In this document: positions 1 to 15,214 of the stretch, in pieces
Position numbering within the stretch: the first letter of the stretch is position 1
Layout of the letters: each line of letters starts with the position of its first letter
NCBI GenBank assembly: GCA_964016885.1
Contig: OZ024748.1
Span: 15,500,001-15,564,000 of the forward strand
Direction of reading: 5' to 3'
DNA from: Eledone cirrhosa
Taxonomy: Eukaryota
Length of the DNA: 64,000 nucleotides
The notes under the pieces: model-generated
What the model was told of the DNA's origin: nothing
Databases searched by the model: none
Seen by the model: only the letters and a program-made list of their open reading frames with translations
Position numbers and translations under genes: made by a program

Positions 1-131
1 CGCTTTACGGTCTGAGTTCAAATCCCGCCGAGGTTAACTTTGCCTTTCATCCTTACGGGGTTGATAAAATAAAGTACCAGTAATGCACTGGGATAATTGC
101 TGGCCTTGTACCAAAAATGGAAACAATTATT
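1..131 (+). mobile_element. tRNA-derived SINE family A, 3' part (cut by window edge)
   Basis: B box GAGTTCAAATCC, central block TTTGCCTTTCATCC..GATAAAATAAAGTACCAG and AT tail; matches the full-length copy at 54821-55008. Confidence 0.85.
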
Positions 132-204
132 TTAAAGTAAGCATTTAAAAATATCAATTAATTATATGTTAATTTACTAGAATAGTAGACAATCAACAGA
201 AGTA

Positions 205-315
205 GACATCAACAAAAGCTGGAATGATGTATTGGTAGATGCCACTGACCCTGGACTTTGGAGAACTGTGGCTACCTCATGTATCTCAAGATGTGGGAGC
301 TTCTAAGTCTAAGTT
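205..315 (+). mobile_element. Degenerate 3' end of an RTE-like LINE
   Basis: Translates SWNDVLVDATDPGLWRTVATSCISRCGSF* and is followed by a (CTAAGT)2 tail, typical of RTE C-termini. Confidence 0.45.
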
Positions 316-450
316 ATTTAAACAGCACTTAAGTTCAAAATACGTTATTACAGGAAGTTTTAAAAGAAACTGAATCCAATATTTTTGCTTCCAAAATATA
401 AAATATGTTTTATGGATATTAATGAATAACTGACAATAATCTAATAATAA

Positions 451-655
451 TAATTGTTTCTACTTTAGGCACAAGGCCAGCAATTTGAAGGGGAAGCCAA
501 TTAAATTGACCCCAGTACTCACTGCTGCTTTATTTTATCGACCCCATAAGGGTGAAAAGCAAAGCTAACCTCAGTGGGATTTGAATAATGTAAAGGGCTG
601 TAATTCTATGCTGCAAAGCATGGTGTCTAACACTCTACCAATACTGCCAATCCAT
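451..655 (-). mobile_element. SINE family A
   Basis: Reverse complement of the family A consensus, including the head (ggattggcagtattggtagag). Confidence 0.8.
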
Positions 656-684
656 TATATAATAATAATAATAATAATAATAAT

Positions 685-947
685 AGATCAAATCAACAAG
701 GTCTGAGACCTCATTTGCTTACCAAATGGGGTGGAACTCATCAGATTGGATGAAGGAAACAATGTTTCCATTGGTCATTCTAATTGCTGGTACTATCTGC
801 TGGTCAAATCTCTTGGCAGAAGAAGCAATGTGAAATAAAGTGTCTTTCTTGCTTAACAATATAACGCATCGCTCAGCCCGGGAATCAAACTCACAACATC
901 ACAACTATGAATCCAAATCATTAACAACTACACCAGGTACCTTCACA
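685..947 (-). mobile_element. CORE-like SINE, subfamily B2
   Basis: gaagcaatgtgaaataaagtgtct block plus tRNA-like head; homologous to 19180-19430 and 43775-44048. Confidence 0.65.
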
Positions 948-2099
948 ATATTTAATTATTAGATTAAATTAATTTCAATTTTTAAAGTTATTGAAGATTT
1001 TTGGCTATACACTTGACCAGTTAATGCCACCTATTAGCTTGGCACTGACCTGGGTGTTCTGTCCATCTGCCATTTTTATCAATTTGTCTTATCTTAGAAG
1101 GATGTCTTCCCAGACTAACAAGTCCTTCTTCTCAGTCAAAATATATTGACTGGACACTGACCAAGACACTGTCAGCCAGGTATTTTTGTTCACTTGTCTT
1201 AGAAGAATGTCTTCCCAGACAAATGAGACCTTCTCCCCAACCCTGTAATATATAAACCATTGTCTTTTGGCTAGTCCACCAATAGATCTTTACTTATGAT
1301 CCATTGGCAAGTTACATACTTATTTACAGAATATACTAATAAATCCTTATGACACAATCCATCCAGGAGCCTATATAGCATCGGGGTGATTTATGCATTT
1401 CATTCACCAACCTTTTGCAGGTGCTATTGTTTTGGGTCAGAACACACCTGAGTGTTGTGTTGGCTAAGAACGGCAGAAAGAAGAAGAAATAAAGGGACGA
1501 ATCTAAAGAATATATGAAGGTGATCAGAGAAGAGAATATATAAGACCAGTTTAGACAAAAAGTCTGTGCTGCTTTATCTCAAAGAAAAAGAAGACTTTCA
1601 ATTTTATCTCTTTCAATATTGGACAAGCATATTTGTAAAATAATATATAATTATCTAGATAAAAAGAAATGTCTTTAAAATTAAATGACTAAATGATAAT
1701 CTTTATAGCATGCTGTAAGAGCTTAAAATCAAAAATTCTAGACAGTGTAGTATTACTATTGATCAGAGATCAAAGTATGTGAAATAAAAACATATAATAC
1801 TAAAACGATATGGTCAGCAATTAGGCAAAGAAGTAGAAATCTGATAATAACAGACGGATGTAATAGTTTCAAGAGTTTCATTTAATTTCTACTTCAATTT
1901 CTACTTAAACATATCTTTAATGTATTTTTGCTTTCTTTTGTTTTTTGTTATTGTTGTTTTTAACAATGTAGGTGAAGACATGGCTATGTGGTTCTAAATT
2001 CAGTTTCATTGCACTGCACAGCAACTTAGGTAAATGTCCTTTACTATAGCATCAGGTTGACTAATGCTTTGTGAGTGAAATTTGGTAGGCAGTTGAAAA

Positions 2100-2445
2100 G
2101 GGGCCTATATTTCACCTCTTGCCAGTTTTGCAGGTCTATATTTTACATCTGGCCCAGGCCTATTGCCTGTTAAAATGTAGCCTATGTTTCACCTCAGTTC
2201 TGAACGTTTTACTAGCTTCGCAGGCCTATATTTTACATCTGACCCAGGCCTATTTCCTGTTAAAATGTGATCTACATTTCACCTCTGTTTTGAGATTTTA
2301 CCAGCTTTGCATGCCTATATTTCATATCTGGTCTAGACCTAAAATGCAGCCTACATTTCACATCTGGCCTAGACCTATTTCCTGTTAAAATGCAGCCTAC
2401 ATTTCACATCTAGTCTTGGCCTACAAGTTTTGCATTTGGCCCGAA
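2100..2445. repeat. Degenerate minisatellite (cctatattttacatctggcccaggcctatttcctgttaaaatg)
   Basis: Motif recurs many times and accounts for ORF 2119-2388. Confidence 0.75.
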
Positions 2446-3280
2446 TTACATGGTATCCATATTATATATATATATATATATATCTTTTCTTCCAAAGCAA
2501 TCTAAATTAATGTTCCATTCAAACTGACACACATCACTCCATTTAGACCATTACGCACCGGAGTACTCGATACTTAGGGTAGTAGAGTAGTAGAGTGGGT
2601 AATATGAAAACTTGAGAACCCCAATGACTGAGCTCCAACTGTTTCAACAGCTAGCTCCGAACTGAAGTGCCGGTATTCAAGATCTTCGATTTTTCATATA
2701 GATACATACATACATACACACACACACACATATATATATATATAATAAAAAATAAATAAATAGTAAATAGCTAAATATAAATACCATCATTTATCTTGTC
2801 AATAAAGACAGATATTTCATCAAGCAATTTATCAGTACATTGAATGTAGCTCTGTTATCATTGATTATCCCCTCAACACCAACTGATTACGTGTGTGAAA
2901 TAATGGTATTTATGTAATACATCAAATGATTGTCTTCAACTCAAAACCAAGACATATACTAGTAGAGTATATTAGACTATAGTTGACTATGTTAGTTTCT
3001 TTGATTCTTAGAGGACTGGGAAGTGATAATTAGACTGTCTGAAATGTTAAATGTTTTGGGAAGCAATTGATTGCATGGCGGAATTGGTCGAGTGGTTGAC
3101 AAAGTAATCATCATCATCATTATTGTGATCACCACCATCATCTTCATCGTCAACATCATGATTTTCACCATCATTGAGATCATCTGTCATCATCTTCATA
3201 ATCATCTACATCATCATTGATATCTTCGTTATCATGATCTTCATGATCATCATCATTGTCATCATCATTATCATCTACAT

Positions 3281-3578
3281 CATGCCTGGGCAACCTTTTT
3301 CAAGAAGTGGGCCGCATGAGATATGGCTCACCATCAGGCGGGCTGCAAGCACTAATTTACATTTGTGCCCACATTATAAAAAAAAGAGCAGTAACGTAAC
3401 TCAGGTTGCTTTGATTTGTTACTTCAGAATCCCTACACATTGTTTTCCTCGATCGTAAAAATGATAAAAACATAAATTACGACTGAAAAGTTTGGGTAAA
3501 AAAATCAGAAAGATTTCACTTAGGTGACTTAGGCGAGCCATTCAGCAAGCCTCATGGGCCGCAAGTTGCCCACGACTG
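3281..3578. mobile_element. hAT (Charlie-like) MITE
   Basis: TIRs catgcctgggcaac / gttgcccacgactg; perfect 8-bp TSD ATCTACAT at 3273-3280 and 3579-3586; inserted in a (CAT)n tract. Confidence 0.85.
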
Positions 3579-4444
3579 ATCTACATCATGATCATCAACA
3601 TAACCATTTATCAATCATCTTCTTGCAATCATCATCATCTACATCATTATCATCATTGTGATCATCATCAACATGATGATGATGATCATTGTCATCATCA
3701 TCATCTGTGTTCCATGCTGAACATTTTTCTAATGTAGTGATCTACACAAATACAAAGAAACGCTCCTGTTGCCCCCAAAGAAGATATCATAGAAGCATAA
3801 AAAATAAAAGGGTGTCAGAGACTTAAGAATATCATGTTGAAGTTTCAGAATTTGTTTATACTAAACTGCCTCAAAACGTTTTTTAAAATATTTATCTGAA
3901 AATCCTTTCATCATAATGTTATGTAAGAACATTTGTTAAGTTAAGTCTCAAATAGAAAATGAATAATGAAAAATGTTAGCTATTTTACTAAACTCCTTCA
4001 AATACTTGATTATTTTCAAAATGTTTTGAAAATCATAGGCAGTCTTTCATTAGAAATATGGTAATGAATGTGTTAAAGTGTTTATAATTATCTAAAGATC
4101 CTCCATAATTTTATGTAAGCACCTTTATTAAGTTATATCTCAAACAGAAAATAAATAATGAAAAATGTCAGTTATTTTACTAAGTTCCTTCAAATTCTCA
4201 ATTATTTTCAAAATTATTTGAAAAATCCTAGTCTATAGAATGGTAATGAAAAGGTAAATTAGTTGCCCCATTTCTAAAAACCACCTGGTTCTTGGATATA
4301 TTTCACATAGTCCACTCTTTCGTAAGTATTCTGGCCATATCTTAATAACACTAGAATTATTTTCAACATGCTGATGCATGTTTGAGGATAGTCGTTAAAA
4401 TCTCTCACTCCCTCTAAAGAGATTTAAAAGCTTTGAAATAGAGT

Positions 4445-4730
4445 CACGGACATTTCCTTCCCTCTTTCATCCTCCTAATAAACTAGGAAACTCTGAAAAA
4501 GGGTGTCATGGGTACTGCTATTTCCTTCTTCCTTCCTTCTTCACTCCTAACAGACTTGGACTCCCTGAAAAAGGGCCATGGTCACTGCCCTTACCTTTTT
4601 CATCCTTCTAATGAGCTAGGAAACTCTGAAAAATGGGTTATAGGCACTGCCATTACCTTCATCTTCCTTCCTTCCTCCTAACAAGCTTGGGCACCATGAA
4701 AAAGTGCCATAGACACTACCCTTCCATCCC
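4445..4730. repeat. Degenerate tandem repeat, unit roughly 65-75 bp
   Basis: Recurring cctcctaa..ctaggaaactctgaaaaagg..catgg..cactgc..ttacctt, about 4 copies. Confidence 0.65.
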
Positions 4731-6468
4731 TGATTAAGCAGTAACAAAGCGAAAAAAACAAGACAAAAGAAAACAAACAATACTAACAATAAAACTATTT
4801 GTCTGAAGGATTCCTAGAAAAATATAAATTTTGTTAAATAGAGCGTAGAGTTACTAATTTTATGATTTACTATCGACTGAAGTAGAATTTAAAAAGCAAA
4901 CCAAACTCAATTTCAAATACTCTTTATCAAATAATTATTAGAAAAGATTAACAAAATCTCTTTAATTTTCAGAAATATTGCTATTGGCTGGATGTTGGGG
5001 AAAGATTTATGTTGAGATGTTGGTGTTATTGTTGGGTGTGTTATTATTGTTGTTGTTTTAATGTCACTAATCTACAAAACAAGATTAATAATCATTAATT
5101 TTTTAAAAGAGGCTTCTTTTGGTTTGTTTTTCTGTTTTTTTTCTTGTTTTCTTTTTAATAGATTTCTTTCTACATCAAAATGACTTGAGACAGCTTGTTC
5201 TTTTGTTTTTATCAAAATAAAAAAAAATCTAGCTTTGTCTAGAATTTGAAATTGTTTTATTTTATGTTTTTCTTTTGTTTTTTTTTTTGGTTACCCGAAC
5301 ATATTGGGGTGTCTGGCTCCAGTCTTGTTTAGGAGTTCATTAAGAAAGATGACTCTATACATCCAATTGTGGCTCCAACAGTTTGATTAATTATCTAATT
5401 AGCAGCGGAGAAATAAAGGGAGGAGGAGGAGGGAAGGATATTCTTTTTGGCATCTTGCGGAATTGAAAACTGTTAATTGGAAAAGAAGACTTGAGCATCT
5501 AAACATAGCTGTCAACAGAAGTTGAAAGTTAACGTCAGTAAGTAGGCAGGTAGGTAGGTGGTAGGGAGTTTGTGAGTGAATGTGTAAGGGGTTATGTATG
5601 TGTGTATGTGAAAATGTGTGTGTTCATGGGTTTTTATGTGTGTATGTGTGTCGAAGTGTGAATGTGTGAAAATGTGTGAGCATGAGTTTTTTTTTTTTGC
5701 GTGTGTAGCTGGTTTTTTTTTTGTGTGTGTGTGTGTGTGTGTTTGAAAGGGTATTAATGTGTGTGTATGTGTGCATGTGAAAGTGTGTGTATGTGTTTAA
5801 GTGCATGTATGAGTGTTTAAGCTTGTGTGAGTAAATGTGTATGTTTGTTTAATCGTCTATATGTATATGCGAAGACTAAACAATTTGCATCAGTCTGGGA
5901 GTTGCCTCCCCTGAGGAGATTACTGTTGCCCAGTTTCCAGAATAAAGGAGATGCGTTTCTGTGTCAAAGTGACTTGAATATAATTGAATAATATCAATAT
6001 TGAAGGTTCTTCCTCTTCCTCCCCCTCCCCCTTCCATAATGAAAATATCTTTTAGTAGAGAGATGGGAGTGGGAGGAGGGGATGGGTGGAAGTGAGGATA
6101 TAGGAGGGAGGGATGGATGGTAGGGAGTGATGAGAAGGAATGAATAAATATTGGAGGAACCGAGAGAGAGAGAGAGAAAGATGGTAAGAAGAATGGTATA
6201 AAGGAGTGAAAAAAGGAGGGAGAGAGTGAGGAAGTGAAATAATTACATGATGTTCATATCTTAATATCATTGTACAAATTAAATTTTATTTAAAATATAG
6301 CTATAATATCATAATGGCGAAACAAGAAAACAAAATGGAGGTTGACATGTGCATGCAAGACCTATTTGAGACAAGCTTCAATATGAGGCTGTCCTCCTAG
6401 CTAACCCACACATATCTAGTTAGGATAAAGTCTGTTCTATGCTGAAGGCTGATCAGGTTGGTGTTTAA

Positions 6469-6687
6469 CCCTTTAGCATTTACATTACTCTATATATATA
6501 CTATTGTATTTTTGTGGTAAAGGTTTTATCTCACATGATATCTCACATAAAATCAAATCTATGAGATTTTTATATTTATTTTAAGAACAATACCTTAACA
6601 TCAGTTTGAGTGGCCAGTTATGGCCAGTTTGAACAGAAAGCGTTCAGAAAATTCTGGCTGGATATAGCCAGTTTAAATGCTAAAAGG
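6469..6687. mobile_element. piggyBac-type MITE (short family)
   Basis: TTAA-CCCTTTAGCATTT...AAATGCTAAAAGG-TTAA; homologous to 6 other copies in the window. Confidence 0.85.
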
Positions 6688-7951
6688 TTAAACTCACTTT
6701 CCTTGGCATTAAGTGAATGAGAGTACAAGACTTTCCCCGCAACACGATGCCAATCTATTGCAGGTTTAACTTCCCAGCTATTGCTGGTACTTCACTCTCA
6801 GCTGAGTGTACTGAAGCAATATAAAATAAAGTGTTTTGCTCAAGAACACATGCAGCAACCTGTCCAGGAATTTAACCAACAACATTATAATCATATATCA
6901 AGTACCCTAACCATTAGGCCATATATAGGTGTAGTACTTATTCCACTGGGTTTTGTTAAAGAGCTGAACTCAACAAGAAGAGTTTAGCTATGTGAGTCCC
7001 ATAAGAAGCTTCTTCATTTTCCCCTTTTCTCTTTAGTTTGTCTGCTCTCATCATCTGATCGAGCTTGCTCGGACATTCATGAGCCTAGCACACCATCCAC
7101 CGAGATCAAGCATAAGTGTTGGGAGGTCATTAGGGAAGCATCCTGTGTCTCTATATAGTTGGTCAATGTAAGTTAAAGTTGGTTGAACAACCTTCCACTG
7201 ACCACAGCTAGGTGCCCAAACCGAAAGATCACTAATAAGTTCTTGCTTTGCTTGCCAGCAGTATCCTGCAAATTGCTTTCTTCATTTCTGCAATATTGTA
7301 GATATATCAGGATTGTTTCCTCTAGTGTTAGCAAATAAAAAGCATGAAACTGTTCCCGTGGGAAAAAACCCCATCCCATTCCGTTTTTATTTTCACAACA
7401 TTCATCACTGGCCTCTAAAATTCATTGTCTGCCTTCCTCTTCCTGTACAATACTCTGTTCAGCCACTGATCTATTCTCAACTCTGTTCTTTCCAGCTTCT
7501 TCTGCCACTAATCATACGGAAGACATTTCTATTTGAAACAAATGTTGTACTTTCTCAACCTGATATATTGGGTATCTTATTTAACTCTGGACTATTTCCA
7601 CTCTTCAACAGAAAACTAATATTTGTTCCAACTATTATTTCTTTCTCCGAACTTCCTATAGCTCATTTACCTCACCTGACATCTAGCCCCCCCCCCCCCT
7701 CCCTCTGTTCACGTATTTAATACTACCAGGGACTACGCACAACTAAAACATCTACACAACCCACCATAACTATAAACATGTTGCCACCAATGCATTATAC
7801 ATACATACACATATATATGTACACACACACAAACATACATGCATCAAATATATATATATATATACATACATACATATACATACATTGAATATATATATAT
7901 TCAATGTATGTATGTGTGTATATTATATATGTGTGTGTATATATATATATA

Positions 7952-8330
7952 TCATCATCATCATTTTACGTCCGCTTTTCCCTGCTTGCAAGGGTGGGAC
8001 GGGAACTGATTCTGGCTTGATTTCTACAGCTGGATGCCCTTCCTAACACCAACCTCATTTACAGTGGGTGCTGGGTGTTTTTTTTTCCGTGGTGCCTACA
8101 CGTCCACTTTACAGTGTGGGCTGGGTGCTTTTTTGCCGTGGCACCTCCATGACCTTTTTACAGTGGAATGATAGGGAACCCAGTCCCTATCATCTCATTT
8201 CTACAGCTGAGTAAACTGGAGCAATGTGAAAATAAAGTGTCTTACTCAAGGAAACAACACATCACCCGGTCTGAGAATTGAACTCACAACCTTTCGATTG
8301 CAAGGCCAATGCTCTAACCCCTAAGCCATA
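7952..8330 (-). mobile_element. CORE-like SINE B1 with RTE-derived 3' tail
   Basis: tRNA-like head, CORE-like ccttgagtaagacactttat..ctccagtttactcagctgtagaaatgag, tail shared with the RTE 3' UTR at 63250-63520, (GAT)n end. Confidence 0.85.
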
Positions 8331-8879
8331 TATGTATATATAAAAGCACATATACACGAACAAACACATACGATAGGCATCTGCAGTTTATGTCTACTAA
8401 GTGTCTCTCACAAGGCATTTGTGAACTGAAGGTTATAGTAGAAGACATTTGCCTAAGGTTCGGTGAAATGAATTATTTAACTATTTAACCACACAATCAT
8501 GTCTGTGACTATATTCAAGGAATTATTGGAATCCTTTCTCAAGGAATTATTTAAAAAAAAAAAAAAATGTCAGATTTAAAGATGAAGATGCGGTGATGCT
8601 GGCAGTGTTGAGGATGTAGAAGAGAACAAGCATAAGAAGGCAAAGTAAATAGAAATGAAAAAAGAAAAAGAAATGTTACTGATGATGACACTAAAGTTGA
8701 AGAGGATAAATTTAACAGTGGACAAGAAGGGTGAAGAAATGGACAGAAGGAAAGTGAAAGAAGAAGAGAAATAAAGGTTTCTATTTGTAGATTTAAATGG
8801 TAAACAGTCCTCGGATTCGGATTAAAAGATAATGTCTAGCCAAAATATTCAATTTCATTGCTAAATCAGTGACAAAGTG

Positions 8880-9555
<676 letters not shown>

Positions 9556-11624
9556 TTAATCTAATATTTAGTCTAATATAGAACAGCTCCTTTTTCATCG
9601 CTATTTCAATGTTCGCTAAAACCATTTTCTCTCCAGGATTAAAACTTTTATAGTAGTCATCGACATTCGTATCTCATTTTTCTGATAAGGAATTAATAAC
9701 ACTATTTCAGTCTTTTCAGAGTTTTGAAAATTTTGTTCATATTCTCTTCTTCCTCGAAATAGATTAAAACAAACCACTTTCCATCAATGAAGGTCATTTA
9801 CTCCATTTGAAGTTTCTTACGTTTACTTTCATTTTCAAAAAGGTCATTTTATAGCTGTGCATTCTGATCATTTAGATTTGCTCATGTACATTATTAACAC
9901 ACGAACATTGAACAATCTTTCGAAATATTTGACCCCTTCCTATCAGATGCTGTTGTAATCCACAGATTGAAACAGCACTTCTCAATTTTCTAAAGCATAC
10001 TTACTATAATTTTACACTGCAAAATTTCTCTCCGAAATATAAAATCCACTAAAAACACCCCAATGCTTCTACTTCTGCCTTATTCTCTAAGCAATTATTC
10101 CTCTTACGCTACTTCATCATGTTTCATATCTACTGACATGAAAACTTTATTGATTTACTCCAAACTCGACTGTTTTGTCTTTCTCTCTATCTCATATACT
10201 TATATATATATATATATATATATACATATTCTTTGTATGTATATATATATATATACTTACATATATCTCATATACTTACATATATATATATATATTCGTT
10301 ATATATATATATATCAATTCAATCTTTTACAATTTCAGCTTTCATAGAATCTAGCTATCTACTACTCTTTCACAACAGATTAATCTATTAACTCTTTGAG
10401 CTTTGTGTTAGTTTTAATCCATTATGCTAATGTTTTGAAATAAAATTTAACTTTATATGTGTGTATGTTGTGTGTGTGTGTGTGTGTGTATAATATATAT
10501 GAGATTTTATGTTTTATTTTAAATTTGGTTTTAATATTTATGTATTTGTTTGTATTTGTTTTGCACCAGAAACAGTTTATCTACAGAAAATGTGAACATA
10601 AAATAAAGATTTTTATTTTATTTTTTTGAAATCAAAGAAAAAAAATGCTTTAAAAGAAGCAAAAAACAAAAGAAAAACCTGAAGCACAGCTAAACAGTAT
10701 TTACATTACTAAATATATTGATAAAGAAATACTCTAATACAATTGCATGACAAATAGAGGAAATTTGGCAACTGCACAAAATCTGTCTAGCTTGAGTATC
10801 GAAGGTTAATCTAAAAAAAATGTTTCTATCGTGTGGAATGCATAATGAGTTTGTTCCAAGACAGAATCAGTTTAGCTCTGTGAAGACAACAAAGGTGAAC
10901 TGCTCATACATAATGCCAGCTTTACTTTATTGAGTGCCAAACTGAAGTTTTTAAAGGTTTCTTCAATGGCTCCGCTTGTCTGAATACAAAATTAAGTTTA
11001 AACTTTAATTTTATTGGCTAGTTTAATACTGAAGTAAGACCCACAACATATCAGATATATTTCTTTCATAAATCCACATTAAAGTTGTATACTACAAATT
11101 TTTATTTCCCTCTACCTCTTTTTTTTGTTGCCATTTTAATTCCAAAAGTAAAGCTCAATTCAGTTTGAAGTTCAAAGTAGTTAAGATCAATTTCTAAAAT
11201 ATTTGTGTACCCAATATTTGCATACCCTTGTCCTCTAATAAGAGATGTTTAAAAGGATTGGGGTCATAAAGGGCGTCTGGTAATAAAATGCCACCTCAAA
11301 ATGTCAGTGAATGGAAACCTCAGTAGAAGGAAACAGAGAAAGATATGAGCAGAGGTGGTGAGAGCTAACCTCGTAAAACTGAGACTCACAGAGATGATGA
11401 AAAAGAAATGCTTAAAATGAAGCGATGCAAATGAAAAAAATGGATGTAAAAATGATGAAGATAGACTGAGATAAATAGTGCATTTTAGATATGATAAAAA
11501 TTAAAATGCATCTAACTAACTTACTGATTAAACTGTAATAACAAATAAAAATCTGACACACACATATATATATATATCATCATCATTTAATGTCTGCTTT
11601 CCCTGCTAGTAAGGGTTGGATGAG

Positions 11625-12020
11625 ACTACATAGACGAAGTCAGTATTGAAGCAGGGTACAGACTTCCCAGAAAGGTCGAGGGATCTGTATCCTGCTTCTG
11701 CGAAGTCATAGTAAGTGTATAGATGTCATGTCTTTTGACACAAATTGAAGGGTTTTCCTAACCCCTTCTTTGCCAAGATTTCTATGACTGGATGCCCTTT
11801 TTAACACCAACGACCTTACAAAATATATATAGATGAAGTCTACTGAAGCAGGGCAACTGACCTCCCAAACAGGCCGAGGGGTCTGTATCATGCTTATGTA
11901 CAGTCATATCAAGTGCAGAGGAGAAGTTGTCATGTGTTTTGACACAAATTAAAGAGGTATCCTAATACCTTGCTTGACAAGGTATCTACAGCTGGATGCT
12001 CTTTTTAACACCAACCACTT
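11625..12020. repeat. Imperfect tandem duplication, about 200 bp x 2
   Basis: agacgaagtcagtattgaagcaggg..gtatc..gtcat..tttgacacaaatt..ctggatgc..tttttaacaccaac occurs twice. Confidence 0.7.
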
Positions 12021-12025
12021 TACAG

Positions 12026-12375
12026 CATCATCATCATCATCATCATCATCATTTTACGTCCACTTTTCCCTGCTTGCAAGGGTGGGACGGGAACTGATTC
12101 TGGCTTGATTTCTACAGCTGGATGCCCTTCCTAACACCAACCTCATTTTCAGTGAGTGCTGGGTGCTTTTTTTCCGTGGCACCTCCACGACCACTTTACA
12201 GTGGAATGATATGGACCCCAGTCCCTATCATCTCATTTCTACAGCTGAGTAAACTGGAGCAATGTGAAATAAAGTGTCTTGCTCAAGGAAACAACACATC
12301 ACCCGGTCTGAGAATTGAACTCACAACCTTTCGATTGCAAGCCCAATGCTCTAACCACTAAGCCATGTGCCTCCA
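12026..12375 (-). mobile_element. CORE-like SINE B1, full length
   Basis: Head ggaggcacatggcttagtggttagagc (A box), B box gagttcaattc, CORE-like block, RTE tail, (GAT)n. Confidence 0.9.
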
Positions 12376-12827
12376 TGTATATATATATGACAAAGAATTT
12401 TTGTTTATGAAAGAGCATAACATATGACATGCCAAGTATGTTAGATAACAAAATGATAGTGGTAGTTTTTAATATTTTGCCCCAGATCATCCCTGATTCA
12501 TGTAACCAATAATTGTTTCTACCTTTGGCACAAGGCCAGTTCATGTAACCAATAATTGTTTCTACCTTTGGCACAAGGCCAGTTCATGTAACCAATAATA
12601 ATAATAAAAAGTAGTCTAACTATAGCCAGGTCTTCTGTTGGAGGACACATTTTCCCTTTTCCCACTTTCATCCACCAATCATTCCCAGCAACAATTAGTT
12701 AACCCTTCCCTTACCATATTTCTCTCCTAGTATTTTTTCATTACCATGGACCCCTTTTTAATTAAATGAATTTTCTCACAGACCTCCTACCACAATTACT
12801 TTGTTCTCAGATTGTAATACTGTGATA

Positions 12828-13014
12828 ATAATTGTTTCTACTTTTGGCACAAGGCCAGCAATTACCCAGTGCATTACTGGTACTTTATTTTATCGACCCC
12901 GTAAGGATGAAAGGCAAAGTTAACCTCGGCGGGATTTGAACTCAGAATGGCAAGGGCCGTAACTCTATGTGTCAAAGCATGGCGTCCGACTCTCTACTGA
13001 TACTGCCAATCCAA
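12828..13014 (-). mobile_element. SINE family A, full length
   Basis: Matches 54821-55008 in reverse complement. Confidence 0.85.
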
Positions 13015-13822
13015 CTTATAATACTGTGATAATAATAATGAAAAGAAAGAAATATTTATACTTAAAGACACCTTCATGTCTATGATTTTCAAATTATTTT
13101 GAAAATAATGAAAAATCCGGAGAGATTTAGTAATATCATTATTTTTCAAGTTATTAAACTGGTGTTTGGTACATAACTTAACAAAAGTTCTTGCATGAAA
13201 TTATGATGGAAGGTTTTTAGATAAATATAAACACATTAAAATGAATGGTTTTGTATCAAAGAACCAGGAGTAGTCTCAGGAAATTTGGTATTTAATAGTT
13301 TGGTAGAAGAGCTTGTAGCAGAATTCAATAAGTTTTATTGCAATGAGTCAAATGTCTCAGGTTCATGTCTTTGGCATTGAAGAAGTTAAAGAAAGTGTCA
13401 TCAGTTTGGTTGCAAGCTAGTAAATGTCAGTTAACCATGACAAAATCAAAAGTGAAAATCAGTCAACCAGTTTTTAGATCTACTAAAATGTTCAATTATT
13501 AATGTTGTCCTACAACATATAACTGTCTTCGAGGAAAAGAAGAAATAATGGCATTAAAATCTTTGCAGAATTTTGTTATCAGCTTTGGCCAATAGAATAG
13601 AGAGAGAAGATACTTCAGTCTGACTGAGCATATGATAACCTGTCTAGTGATGTTGTGATGATACAATGCATTCTATACACTTTGTAAAGTGGTTGGCATT
13701 AGGAAGAGTATCCAGCCATAGAAACCATGCAAAATAGGGAATGGGTTAGACATGGTTCTCAAGTCTCTGTATTCATGGACTGTGAGAACTCATCCAACAT
13801 ATGCCAGGATGGAAAGAATAAG

Positions 13823-14310
13823 CTTGATAAATTCCGACCTCACACACTTACACCTCTCCAAGACAATGTCACTGGACCGAGATCTTTGGCGCTACACAGT
13901 CATACAGAAGACCCGCCTTGCCTAAATACAAAGTGAAACCTACAGTCAGTAGGCTCCTCTAACAAAATACACCCCCGTCCCACTTCCCCACCCCATCCAC
14001 ACCACCCCCTTAAATGTGAAGTTATGTTGGTACCACAACATCCAGTCCGAAACAAATGAGGTTGTGTAGGTGTCACGACAAAAAAAACACACAGTCCACG
14101 CTGTAATGTGGCCATGTAGGTAACACGGTAAAAACCTCCGAGTCCACACAGTAAACGTGGTTGGTGTTAGGAAGGGCATCCAGCCGTAGAAAACCCGCCA
14201 GACAGTCCTATGCGAGCAGGACAACAAATCTTGCCTCAAGTGGGAAAACTCCCGTCCAAACCCATGCAAGCGTGGAAGATGGATGTTAAACGATGATGAT
14301 GATGGTGATG
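13823..14310 (+). mobile_element. RTE LINE 3' fragment (subfamily 1)
   Basis: Encodes LINSDLTHLHLSKTMSLDRDLWRYTVIQKTRLA*, nearly identical to the C-terminus at 59681-59800; same 3' UTR and (GAT)n tail. Confidence 0.9.
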
Positions 14311-14535
14311 AGTGCACCTTCTAAGGCATGCATAAATGCATCACTTAAGGTGTGCATAGATGCAGTCCTTAAGGCATGCATAAATACACTTCTTAGGGTG
14401 TGCATAGATACAGTGCTTAAGGCATGCATAGATGCACCTGTTAAAGCATACATATATGTACTTCTTAAGGCATGCATATATGCACCTGTTAAAGCAAATA
14501 TATATTCACTTCTTAAGGCATGCATAGATGCACAA
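14311..14535. repeat. 24-bp minisatellite (gcacttcttaaggcatgcatagat)
   Basis: About 9 tandem copies. Confidence 0.9.
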
Positions 14536-15147
14536 CTAGCTTCCATATTCTATTTACTTAACAAGTTTGCCAGTCTGAGAATATCGGCCATCGCAAATAA
14601 AAAAAATCCCAGGAGGAGTTTAATTTCAGACATGTTCAACTCAACGCCAGAAGCACAGACCAGGAAGCAACATACCTGGTTTCTCTTCCAAAAATAAAAT
14701 AATTTCAACAAAAAATAAATAAAAATAAACAAAAATAATAAATTTACTTAAATATCCTGGGAAGAAGATACATTGATCTCATCTGAACATTGAGATATTT
14801 AAAGCTACCTACACAGGTAAAATAGTATTTTAACTCACTACTCTTCTCTATTTACATGTAACTATTAATCCGAAGGACGGATTAAATTGATTGAATTGGC
14901 AGCAGTGATTTGAGTCGTGTTGTAATAAAATGAAAGTAACAAGGATCTCAGGGGAAGACAAGAGACTGTTAAATCTGCCTCTAATGCCAACACAGGTGAT
15001 ATAAAATTAGAAAAATCTTATGAAACGATATACATAATAGAAGCCACTTGCAATTAAATTTTCTCCTGGGAGAGTCTTTAATAGTTATGTACTCATCCTT
15101 ATTCTCACAGAACAACAAAAAGTAAAATAAATAAACGAATGAATGAA

Positions 15148-15214
<67 letters not shown>

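Noticed and set aside
7868-7915. Palindrome catacattgaatatatatatattcaatgtatg
   Set aside because: Short and built on self-complementary microsatellite; explained by local inversion or slippage.
12122-12361. Recurrent 79-aa ORF MPFLTPTSF...CSNH (also at 17246 and 46825)
   Set aside because: Antisense translation of SINE B1 copies, not a gene family.
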